A stretch of DNA of 64,000 nt from Oceanispirochaeta sp. (GTDB lineage: Bacteria; Spirochaetota; Spirochaetia; DSM-2461): contig CAXXXD010000001.1 of assembly GCA_963663385.2 (NCBI GenBank), positions 448,001-512,000 of the forward strand, given 5' to 3'. Below are positions 19,245 to 27,444 of the stretch, piece by piece (positions within the stretch are counted from its first letter, which is position 1; each line of letters opens with the position of its first letter). The notes under the pieces were generated by a model. That model was not told the DNA's origin and made no database searches. It saw only the letters and a list, made by a program, of their open reading frames with translations. The position numbers and the translations under genes were made by a program.

Positions 19245-20400
19245 AAATGGGATTATCCTTCACACCCTGTTATTCTGTTTGTCACTTCCCCTGTTTTCAG
19301 TAGAGTGGAGGTTTGAGCCGACAGACAGTTCCATACATCTACCGGAAGGCTGGGAACTTTTTGACAACAGCGAATCAGGAAGAACATCCTTTATCAATCC
19401 TGAAGGAACCATCATTTTTCAGGTTTCCCTCTATCCCGGCAGTACTTATACAAGTGATGAGGAGATGATGGACAGTCATCTTCAGGAACTGGATATACTG
19501 GAGTCGGACAGTTCCCGATTTCCCTTTCAGGGAGGAATGGTTTCTCTTGCAGACTGTATATTCCTTTCATCCGGTTCTAATATCAGGGGGTGGTTCCTTT
19601 TTATAGATGGTACCGATTATGATTACTATTTGACAGGAATAACGGAGGAGAGCCTGTATGCCGATTCACTTCCCTGGATTCTTTCCTGCCTGGACAGTTT
19701 TTCAATTAATGAAGAAGGACGGGCAAAACCGGGGGCTGTAAGCTCTTTTTTAACTTCTGATGAGGGAACCCTTTATAAGACCAGTCTGGAGTTTTGCGGA
19801 AGACAGATACCTTTTGAATACCTTTCCGGGAGAGAGGACGCGTCTCAGCTTCTGATAGAAAGGGAAGCCACTATCCTGAACAGTTATAAAGATCCGGACA
19901 ATTTTGCAGCTGCATGGAAGAGATACTATCAGATTATCTCAAGGGATACAGCCTGGGAACTCAGGGAGATATCCGACTTTCTTGAGGAGATGCTAGCCGG
20001 AAAAAGTAACAGGGAGAAAGCTGAAATGGTCCTTTCCTGGCTTCAGGAATTTGAATACGGCAGCAGTGACAGCTTTTCTGATCTGCTGGCTCCTGTAAAA
20101 GTGCTTCTGAACAGAACCGGTGATTGCGATGCTTTGGGGCTGGTATACTGCAGCATCATGAATTCCATGGGTATTCCGTCATTATTGATGGTTTCCTATA
20201 TATACAGCCACTCCATGTCGGCCGTTCTGGTTGACGATGGAGGCGCAGGTTTTCTCTATAATGAGGACAGGTATGTTGTGGCCGAGCTGACAAAAAAAGT
20301 TAAACTGGGCATGATCAGCCAGGATATGGCAGATATGAAAAACTGGATAGTCATTTCTCTGATTCCCCAGCAATACCGTAGTATTTCAATAATAGAATAG
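19237..20400 (+). CDS. Exported protein with a C-terminal transglutaminase-like domain
   Basis: Signal peptide; GDCD...HSMSAV...AELT pattern (Cys-His-Glu). Confidence 0.6.
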   Translation: MPKNGIILHTLLFCLSLPLFSVEWRFEPTDSSIHLPEGWELFDNSESGRTSFINPEGTIIFQVSLYPGSTYTSDEEMMDSHLQELDILESDSSRFPFQGGMVSLADCIFLSSGSNIRGWFLFIDGTDYDYYLTGITEESLYADSLPWILSCLDSFSINEEGRAKPGAVSSFLTSDEGTLYKTSLEFCGRQIPFEYLSGREDASQLLIEREATILNSYKDPDNFAAAWKRYYQIISRDTAWELREISDFLEEMLAGKSNREKAEMVLSWLQEFEYGSSDSFSDLLAPVKVLLNRTGDCDALGLVYCSIMNSMGIPSLLMVSYIYSHSMSAVLVDDGGAGFLYNEDRYVVAELTKKVKLGMISQDMADMKNWIVISLIPQQYRSISIIE

Positions 20401-20529
20401 TCATTTATGAATATCTTTTGTATGAAAAAGTATACAGGAAGGGAAATGGGGATAGTGTTTCTGGAATTGTATTTATATAATTTGTTTATATAAAAAGAAA
20501 TAATTGGTTAGTGAATTTTCTGGTTTAAT

Positions 20530-20545
20530 TGGTACAGAACTTGCA
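20530..20545 (+). promoter_or_regulatory. sigma54 (-24/-12) promoter
   Basis: TGGTAC-AGAAC-TTGCA, with GG-N10-GC spacing, about 30 nt upstream of the start codon in an AT-rich intergenic region. Confidence 0.65.
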
Positions 20546-20572
20546 TGATTAGTAATTAAATATCTTTATCAG

Positions 20573-21193
20573 GTGAACAATATGGTTTATACCAATAATT
20601 ATGCAAAATCAAAAAGTTTTGTATTTCATAATATACAGAAGGAACTTGTAAGAAAAGCAATACATTTAATGATTGCCTTTGTTCCCACCCTGGCAACCTG
20701 GAATTTTACCTTTACTGTTTCAGTATTAATGGCAGGTATCCTGACATACACCTATTCTGAATATCTTAGAAGCCTGGGAAAATACGTTTTCCTGATCTCT
20801 GATATAACGGCTATTGCATCAAGAGACCGGGATAAGGGGCATTTTGTATTGGGACCGGTTACTCTGGGAATGGGAGCTTTATTAGCCCTTCTTCTCTATC
20901 CGCATCCTTCTGCTTCTATAGCAATCTATGCGCTGGCTTTCGGAGATGGACTCTCCAGTCTGGCAGGCAAGTTATTCGGATTGAAGAAGATTCCTTTTAC
21001 AGGAGGTAAAACAATTGCCGGTTCCTTTACCTGTTTTGCTGCTGTGTTTTTTATCGCTTTTAATATGTTTGACAACCTGGGATCAGCTATTCTTCTGGCT
21101 TTTGTAGCAACTTTACTTGAAGCCCTTCCTTCTCGGGATCTGGATAATATAATCATTCCTATCGGAACCGGGTTTATTGCCGGACTTCTTTGA
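20573..21193 (+). CDS. Dolichol/phytol kinase-like (CTP_transf_1 superfamily) membrane protein
   Basis: ELVRKAIH, LAFGDGLSSLAGK, GKTIAGS, DLDNIIIP. Confidence 0.85.
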   Translation: MNNMVYTNNYAKSKSFVFHNIQKELVRKAIHLMIAFVPTLATWNFTFTVSVLMAGILTYTYSEYLRSLGKYVFLISDITAIASRDRDKGHFVLGPVTLGMGALLALLLYPHPSASIAIYALAFGDGLSSLAGKLFGLKKIPFTGGKTIAGSFTCFAAVFFIAFNMFDNLGSAILLAFVATLLEALPSRDLDNIIIPIGTGFIAGLL

Positions 21194-21201
21194 TTAACTT
21201 A

Positions 21202-22020
21202 TCAAGACAATAAAAACAGTTTCTGATTGGTTCTTATATACAGGATTGTCCCTGTAAAAAGAAGCATTAACCCCGGAATCATAAAGGGCGGGTTCAGAAA
21301 AAACAGCAGCTCATACCCGCATAATACCATAATACAAAAGAGAATCAGTCTGTATAGCTCTCCTCTGGACTGTTTAATAGCAGCAGAGAGGTAATTCATT
21401 ACTGTGAGAACTTCCAGGACCAGGCAGAAAAGCGCAATGCTTTTCTCTTCTGCTATCCTGTAGAATAAAGCTGTTGTAACTTCAGTTGTATTGAATGGAA
21501 TTATTATGGAAAGGGTAAAAGAGGCTAAAACTGTAATGAGAAGAATATACCCGAACTTTTGAATCTGGAGACCGGCACAGAACAGGGATGCAGCAAAGAA
21601 AGCTGTAAGTCCTAAAAAACGCCCAAAATAAAGAACCCGGGAGATTGTTTCATCATCTATATGGAGCCAGTTTATCTGTGGAACGATATAATACAATCTA
21701 AATATATAAAGAGAAAAAGAGAAAATAAAAAGGTAGAGAAAAGCCAATTGGGGAGAGGGGTTCTTTTTTATCTGTCTGGCTACAATAAAGCCAACCGCAA
21801 GGGAGTAGAGGGTACAGGCTGTTACTATTAACCATATATGAAAGCTGTTAATTTTACTGTTCCGGTTGTAATTTAGCCACCAGATTTGACCCGTTGAAGA
21901 GGAAAAGTCTGTCAAATTGAAGCGGATATTCAATATATAGGCAGCAATAGCCAAAAAAAGCGTTATCAATGAGAAAAATAACATAATTCTAACAAGGTAT
22001 TTTCTGAATAAAAGTATCAT
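21202..22020 (-). CDS. Multi-pass membrane hypothetical protein
   Basis: Long ORF with multiple hydrophobic segments; TTGACG-17-TTTAAT lies 7 nt before the ATG. Confidence 0.75.
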   Translation of the reverse strand: MILLFRKYLVRIMLFFSLITLFLAIAAYILNIRFNLTDFSSSTGQIWWLNYNRNSKINSFHIWLIVTACTLYSLAVGFIVARQIKKNPSPQLAFLYLFIFSFSLYIFRLYYIVPQINWLHIDDETISRVLYFGRFLGLTAFFAASLFCAGLQIQKFGYILLITVLASFTLSIIIPFNTTEVTTALFYRIAEEKSIALFCLVLEVLTVMNYLSAAIKQSRGELYRLILFCIMVLCGYELLFFLNPPFMIPGLMLLFTGTILYIRTNQKLFLLS

Positions 22021-22118
22021 AGGTTTTATTAAAGACTATATTTATGAAAACGTCAAAATATGAAAAAAAAATTTACAGTATATTTCCAGTTGTTCGATAA
22101 TATAGGTGAGGTATAACA

Positions 22119-22811
22119 ATGAAAAATAGACTCATACTTTTGATAGTCCTCTCATTTATATTTGTAGCAGGTCTTTTTGCAGGTGATAAAGCAGAGTTGG
22201 TAAATCTGGGATTTTCTCCAGATGGACGGTTCTTTCTATTTGGGCAATATGGATATGATGGAGAGAATTCCAAGAGTTATGCAGATATTTATCTGGTGGA
22301 TGTAGAAAAGAATCTTTTCGTACCCGGAGGAGTTTTCAAAGGCGAATATATCAGTTCTCTTGAACCTGGACAATCGGCAGACGGAGGCCTTTTTACTCTG
22401 CTTGAATCAGTCGGTTCGCTGAGAGATAAATACAATATAGACTATCTGAAAAAAGGACGTCCCCTCTATATCCGTATTGAGGAATCAGAAGAATCCATGG
22501 AAACACTGGATTTCAGAGACTTTGAAACAGGAACACATTATAAAATGAATTTATCTCAGGATATAAAATCCAACGAAGAAGGAATACCCCTGGATTCTTC
22601 ATTTTATATTGATCTGAGTTTTACTTCCTCAGCCGGCAGGGAAGTCCCCTTTACCATCGGACATCCTGACTATAGAAGAAAAGGAATCGGGGAATACAGG
22701 ATTGAACGGGTTATTACAGATCCAAAAGGTCATTCGATAGTCGTAATTATTGCGAAAATTGATACGGATCTGAATGTCCGCTATATGGTGGAAACCCTGA
22801 AAATACAATGA
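22119..22811 (+). CDS. DUF2259-like secreted protein
   Basis: Signal peptide followed by AGDKAELVNLGFSPDGRFFLFGQYG...YADIYLVDVEKN. Confidence 0.75.
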   Translation: MKNRLILLIVLSFIFVAGLFAGDKAELVNLGFSPDGRFFLFGQYGYDGENSKSYADIYLVDVEKNLFVPGGVFKGEYISSLEPGQSADGGLFTLLESVGSLRDKYNIDYLKKGRPLYIRIEESEESMETLDFRDFETGTHYKMNLSQDIKSNEEGIPLDSSFYIDLSFTSSAGREVPFTIGHPDYRRKGIGEYRIERVITDPKGHSIVVIIAKIDTDLNVRYMVETLKIQ

Positions 22812-22829
22812 TTTTCACAATGAGAAATC

Positions 22830-22878
22830 TACCGCCCCCCCCCCGGCTTCGCTGGGAATCTTTGGGGCGGTATTTTTT
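22830..22878 (+). terminator. Intrinsic terminator containing a C10 tract
   Basis: TACCGCCCC...GGGGCGGTA followed by TTTTTT. Confidence 0.75.
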
Positions 22879-22931
22879 ATTAATCCTATTTCATTTAATG
22901 CCTTAAATCCAATTATTTCCTCTTCCATCCC

Positions 22932-22959
22932 TTGTGAATTTAACCGGATTGGATATAAT
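22932..22959 (+). promoter_or_regulatory. Putative sigma70 promoter of proS
   Basis: TTGTGA-16-TATAAT upstream of the AGGAG RBS. Confidence 0.5.
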
Positions 22960-22997
22960 TATTCACCACTACCACTTAATAAAAATCAGGAGAGCTT

Positions 22998-24719
22998 ATG
23001 CGAGTTAGTCAGCTGTTTTATCAGACTTTGAAAGAAGTGCCAAGGGAAGCTCAGATACCGAGCCATCAGCTGATGTTCCGTGCAGGAATGATTCAACAAT
23101 TGGCTGCGGGTATCTATAATTACCTTCCACTAGCCCATAGAAGTATAAGAAAACTGGAAACTATAATTCGGGAGGAATTGGAAAAGAAGGGTTGTCAGGA
23201 AGTTCTGCTCCCTTATGTACAGCCATCCGAGTTGTGGGAAGAGAGCGGTCGCTGGGGGTACTATGGACCGGAACTCCTCCGTTTCAAGGATAGGAAAGGT
23301 GGCGATTTCTGTCTGGGACCGACCCATGAGGAAGTCATTACAGATATGGTCCGGAGGAATTTAAAATCCTACAGGCAGCTTCCCTGGAATATTTTCCAGA
23401 TTCAGACGAAATTCCGTGATGAAGTGCGTCCTCGTTTCGGTTTGATGCGCGGGCGGGAATTCATCATGAAGGATGGTTACAGTTTTGATATAGACGAACA
23501 GGCGTCTAAAGTAACCTATAAAAAGATGTATGATGCCTATACAGCCATTTTCAATCGCTGCGGTTTGAAATTCCGGGCTGTGGATGCCGCAACCGGAAAT
23601 ATCGGCGGGGACATGAGTCACGAATTTCAGGTGCTGGCTCAATCCGGTGAGGATCTGATTCTCAGTTGTAATAAATGCGATTATGCAGCCAATGTTGAAA
23701 AGGCCGTAACGATTCGAAAAGAAGGAACTCCGGATTCTACCCTGTTTAAGGATATGGAGAAGGTTCATACTCCCGCCAGCAGAACCATTGAGGAAATAAC
23801 CGAATTTTTGAAACGGCCCATGGAGGATTTTATCAAGAGTATCCTCTATGTTGTGGATGAGGAACCGGTACTGGCTCTTATCAGGGGTGATCTGGATATT
23901 AATGAAGCAAAACTGCAGACACTTCTGTCTGCCAATAGTGTCGAGCTGGCGGATGATAAAACCGTTCTGGATATAACAGGGGCAACTACCGGATTTGCCG
24001 GTCCTGCGGGATTGAAGAAAAAGGTAAAAATCCTGGCTGATTACTCTGTAACTGGACGGGAGAATATGGTTGCAGGCGCCAATGAGGACGACTACCATGT
24101 AATCAATGTGAACTATGGTAAAGATTATGAAGCAGACCAGATCTGTGATATCGCCTTTGCCGCAGCAGGAAATATCTGCCCCCATTGTGACGGCGTGCTG
24201 GAAGAGCATCGCGGAATTGAAGTTGGTCAGGTTTTCTACCTGGGAACAAAATACAGCAGTGCCATGAAATGCACCTACCTTGATAAGGATGGTAAGGATC
24301 AGCTCGCTGTGATGGGTTGTTACGGGATAGGTGTAGGACGAACCGTTGCCGCAGCCATTGAGCAACATCATGATGAGGATGGCATTATCTGGCCGGCTGC
24401 ATTGGCTCCCTATGAATCCATCGTACTCCCTCTTCAGATGAACAAGGAAGAGGTTATTAAAACAGGTGAAGAGCTTTATGAACAGTTGAAGATTGCCGGT
24501 ATTGACGCTGTTCTGGATGATCGTGATGAAAGGGCCGGTTTTAAATTTAAGGATGCCGATCTGATAGGGTATCCGGTACAGATTATCATCGGGGCCCGTT
24601 CTCTGGAAAACGGAGAAGTAGAAGTTAAGATCCGCAAGACCGGAGAGAAAAAGAATATGCCCGTTAGGGATGTTGTTTCCTTCGTGAATGACTACATACA
24701 GAAGGAAAAAGGCATATAA
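22998..24719 (+). CDS. proS: Proline--tRNA ligase, bacterial type with INS editing domain
   Basis: LGPTHEEVIT, QTKFRDEVRPRFGLMRGREF, RGIEVGQVF, MGCYGIGVGR. Confidence 0.98.
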   Translation: MRVSQLFYQTLKEVPREAQIPSHQLMFRAGMIQQLAAGIYNYLPLAHRSIRKLETIIREELEKKGCQEVLLPYVQPSELWEESGRWGYYGPELLRFKDRKGGDFCLGPTHEEVITDMVRRNLKSYRQLPWNIFQIQTKFRDEVRPRFGLMRGREFIMKDGYSFDIDEQASKVTYKKMYDAYTAIFNRCGLKFRAVDAATGNIGGDMSHEFQVLAQSGEDLILSCNKCDYAANVEKAVTIRKEGTPDSTLFKDMEKVHTPASRTIEEITEFLKRPMEDFIKSILYVVDEEPVLALIRGDLDINEAKLQTLLSANSVELADDKTVLDITGATTGFAGPAGLKKKVKILADYSVTGRENMVAGANEDDYHVINVNYGKDYEADQICDIAFAAAGNICPHCDGVLEEHRGIEVGQVFYLGTKYSSAMKCTYLDKDGKDQLAVMGCYGIGVGRTVAAAIEQHHDEDGIIWPAALAPYESIVLPLQMNKEEVIKTGEELYEQLKIAGIDAVLDDRDERAGFKFKDADLIGYPVQIIIGARSLENGEVEVKIRKTGEKKNMPVRDVVSFVNDYIQKEKGI

Positions 24720-24734
24720 ACGGTAATAAAGATG

Positions 24735-24772
24735 AAAAAAAGCGGGGAGTCTGAATCCCTGCTTTTTTTTTT
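24735..24772 (+). terminator. Intrinsic terminator after proS
   Basis: A7-GCGGGGA-gtctgaa-TCCCTGC-T10. Confidence 0.8.
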
Positions 24773-24797
24773 ACTTCAGTGGTTATATATTGTAAAC

Positions 24798-25454
24798 ATG
24801 AAGGGTTTCCGTTTTATTATTCTGGTCTTACTTCTCTTTACGGTTTTTTCGCTGTCACAGGCCATGGCTTTCGAATATCAGGGGCTGGATGGTGAAGTCG
24901 GGTTCCTCTGGAAGCATAATGAAGGTTATGACAAGGAAAAAGGGGATAGCGGACCGGATTTATTGACTTTTTTTCCGGGGGTGTCTGCTTTTTTCACATT
25001 TAATGAAAGATTCTTTTTTAAACCCAGTCTTTTTCTCTATTCGGAAACTCTGCAGTATCTGCCGGAAAGAGAGTATTCCATCCCTGTGGATCAGGCGAAC
25101 ATCGACTCAATGTCTGTACTGGGAATTATGCTGGAACCAGCTGTCGGCTATAGCTGGACAATTGGATCCAGGCATACATTCGGTATTCAAACCGGTTTGG
25201 GATTCAATTTCCAGATCCCCCTGTGGGGACCGGGGGAGGATGACAGATCAGATATGCAGGATGTATTAATGGAGGAATGGTTCTTTATTAATCCCGGTAT
25301 CTGGTACTACAACCCTTTGACAGAGCGTTTTGGTTTTACTTTCCGGGCAGAAACCTGTCTTCCTGTTTATAATATTTTTGTTGACCGGGATCTCCCCTTC
25401 TCCGATAGTTTATCAGTTGTTGTAATGTTCGGAGTCAGGGTTATTGTCCAGTAG
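24798..25454 (+). CDS. Exported hypothetical protein, possibly an outer-membrane beta-barrel
   Basis: Signal peptide from ATG 24798 (the track start at 24732 runs through the terminator); alternating aromatic/Gly beta-strand pattern. Confidence 0.65.
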   Translation: MKGFRFIILVLLLFTVFSLSQAMAFEYQGLDGEVGFLWKHNEGYDKEKGDSGPDLLTFFPGVSAFFTFNERFFFKPSLFLYSETLQYLPEREYSIPVDQANIDSMSVLGIMLEPAVGYSWTIGSRHTFGIQTGLGFNFQIPLWGPGEDDRSDMQDVLMEEWFFINPGIWYYNPLTERFGFTFRAETCLPVYNIFVDRDLPFSDSLSVVVMFGVRVIVQ

Positions 25455-25456
25455 TC

Positions 25457-26710
25457 TTATATATAATCCTGAGGATCTTCCGGAAAACGATAGTTTTCCT
25501 CATTTCCCAAAGCCATTGTAATAAACGCGGCATTGGCATTATCCAGAACTCCCGCAAATACGATCAATACAGGAAGAATAGGCAAAATCAGAGCATATCC
25601 TTCAAGGAGTCCCCTTCCATAGAGGGTGCAGCTGATGATCAACGCTGTATACACACCCATATAGGATTGTGCAAAAAGCACTGCTGATATCAGAATGGAT
25701 GTTCCTATTACCCAGAAAATCTGAAAGGCAGTTAGCTCAAGGCTTGAGTAGGATTTTAGAATCGTTAACAGGGAAACACTGGTTACCATGGCTGTTCCGG
25801 CCCGGGAAAACATTGTAAGCAGAGGAATGGAGTAACCGGTTATTTTCCGCTTGATTCCGCCATTTTCCTTCAGAGTCCTGAGCAGTATCTGAGAATTTAT
25901 AAAGTTGTCTCCTGTAAAAACTGAGGCGATAATGGTAGACAGGAATATCCGCATATCTGAGTAGGGTCGTTTCCGGCTGATTAAAAAATAAACAAGCGGA
26001 TAAAAACCGAACAGGATCACTGCTGTTGCGATGGCTATTATCCTGATCAAACCATAGTATGTGGCAAAATCATTAATACCTCTGATATGAATTACCATTA
26101 CGGTGGTAACAGGAACCAGAAAGACTGTGAATGCTTCAGAAAACAGTGAATTCATTTTATAGAGCATTCGGCTGAAAGAGTCGAACAGGTTAAAAACCGG
26201 TTCGGCTTCTTCCTTGTCATAAACCAGCTGTGTTCCCAGAAAGATAGAAAACAGAAGTGCTGGAAGAATGAAGTCTCCCGTATAGTTGAATATGGCAAAG
26301 CTGTTGATGGGAATAATGCTCCGAAGTACTTCCTGAACAGAATCTATGGCAGTTACATTTCTGAAGGGATAGGGCGATTGCCAGCCGGAGGTTTCTGTAA
26401 TAATAGGTATCCTGTCTATGGGGAGTATAAACGTGAGTCCTGTACTGAGCAATATCTGGATAATAACGGCACCCAGAGAAAAAACAATAAGTTTTCCGCT
26501 TGTTTTTAACAGGATCCGGTCTCTGCGTAACTGGCATACAGAGACCGCCATTGTAAAAAAGAACAGGGGGAAAAGTATAAACCGGCCCAGTCTGAGAGCG
26601 AATTCAGCTACACCGAGGATAAGGGTGTAGAGCAAGGTATCAGCCTGTAAGACCAGACCCAGGAGAATACCGATTAAACCGGCAATTGTATACTTCAACC
26701 AAAGTTTCAT
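25457..26710 (-). CDS. Dicarboxylate/amino acid:cation symporter (DAACS) family, divergent
   Basis: Multi-pass membrane protein; IIPINSF, SIPLLTMFSRAGTAM. Confidence 0.75.
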   Translation of the reverse strand: MKLWLKYTIAGLIGILLGLVLQADTLLYTLILGVAEFALRLGRFILFPLFFFTMAVSVCQLRRDRILLKTSGKLIVFSLGAVIIQILLSTGLTFILPIDRIPIITETSGWQSPYPFRNVTAIDSVQEVLRSIIPINSFAIFNYTGDFILPALLFSIFLGTQLVYDKEEAEPVFNLFDSFSRMLYKMNSLFSEAFTVFLVPVTTVMVIHIRGINDFATYYGLIRIIAIATAVILFGFYPLVYFLISRKRPYSDMRIFLSTIIASVFTGDNFINSQILLRTLKENGGIKRKITGYSIPLLTMFSRAGTAMVTSVSLLTILKSYSSLELTAFQIFWVIGTSILISAVLFAQSYMGVYTALIISCTLYGRGLLEGYALILPILPVLIVFAGVLDNANAAFITMALGNEENYRFPEDPQDYI

Positions 26711-26738
26711 GAGAGCCTCCGCATATTAGTGGTAACAA

Positions 26739-27401
26739 TTATTTTCTTTTTACTATTGGTAAGGTTTGGAAAATACCCTTCTTTTCTGTGAATTTCAACC
26801 ACTCCCCATTAGCTTTAGGATCGGAAGCTGCTGAAATATTTAAAATAAAATCAGCATATTCTTCCATTTCTGTAACGCGGGTTGTAAAGCCGCACTTGAA
26901 TATCCCGGGAAGATTTGATTGAAGAATACTGTCCGAGAATGAATGAAATGCCCCGCAGATCAAATCATTCACGGGAGAGCTGGATTGATAGGATTTTTCA
27001 GATTCTGCAAAAATAAGAGAACCCTTTTCCTCCTGTATAAGGTAATCCATCAGTTCCTTAAGAAGATAAAGGGACCCGTGCAGAAGGGAATTCATAGTTT
27101 CTTCCATAACTTCAACGGACGTATCCTGAAAATTATCATTTAATTTGGTCTCCGGATGGACAAACAGAACCGTATCTATCTTCTGAAAAGTCCGGAGAGA
27201 CTCCCTCAGTATTGTTTTTGCCGATATCAGGGAGTTCCTGTTCCAGGGAATAATATGTAATTTTTTATTACTTGATTCCTTCAGTTTCTCCTGTGAGGTC
27301 ATAACTGGAGCAATAACCCGATATCCCTTATTCAGGCTTATTTCTATTAGTTTTCTGCCCAGCAGTGTCTCACTGCCGATGATTATTATAATCTTATCCA
27401 T
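26739..27401 (-). CDS. Short-chain dehydrogenase-like Rossmann-fold protein (degenerate)
   Basis: IIIIIGSETLLGRKL...GYRVIA, KIDTVLF; no YxxxK. Promoter TTGACC-17-TACTAT lies 8 nt before the ATG. Confidence 0.6.
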   Translation of the reverse strand: MDKIIIIIGSETLLGRKLIEISLNKGYRVIAPVMTSQEKLKESSNKKLHIIPWNRNSLISAKTILRESLRTFQKIDTVLFVHPETKLNDNFQDTSVEVMEETMNSLLHGSLYLLKELMDYLIQEEKGSLIFAESEKSYQSSSPVNDLICGAFHSFSDSILQSNLPGIFKCGFTTRVTEMEEYADFILNISAASDPKANGEWLKFTEKKGIFQTLPIVKRK

Positions 27402-27444
27402 ATGCTGATATAGTAGCTTCTTAGGCTTGCGGGGTCAACAATAC

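Noticed and set aside
22072..22101. sigma28-like promoter (TACA-15-TTCGATAA) before the DUF2259 gene
   Set aside because: It reads equally well as sigma70 TTTACA-18-GATAAT, so the assignment is ambiguous.
23361..24371. Long antisense ORFs (this one, and 41569-42534, 52198-53262, 59618-60322, 60389-61201)
   Set aside because: They are shadows of well-identified genes on the opposite strand, with no recognisable motifs or RBS.
24732..24797. N-terminal extension of the 24732 ORF
   Set aside because: It runs through the proS terminator; the signal peptide begins at ATG 24798.
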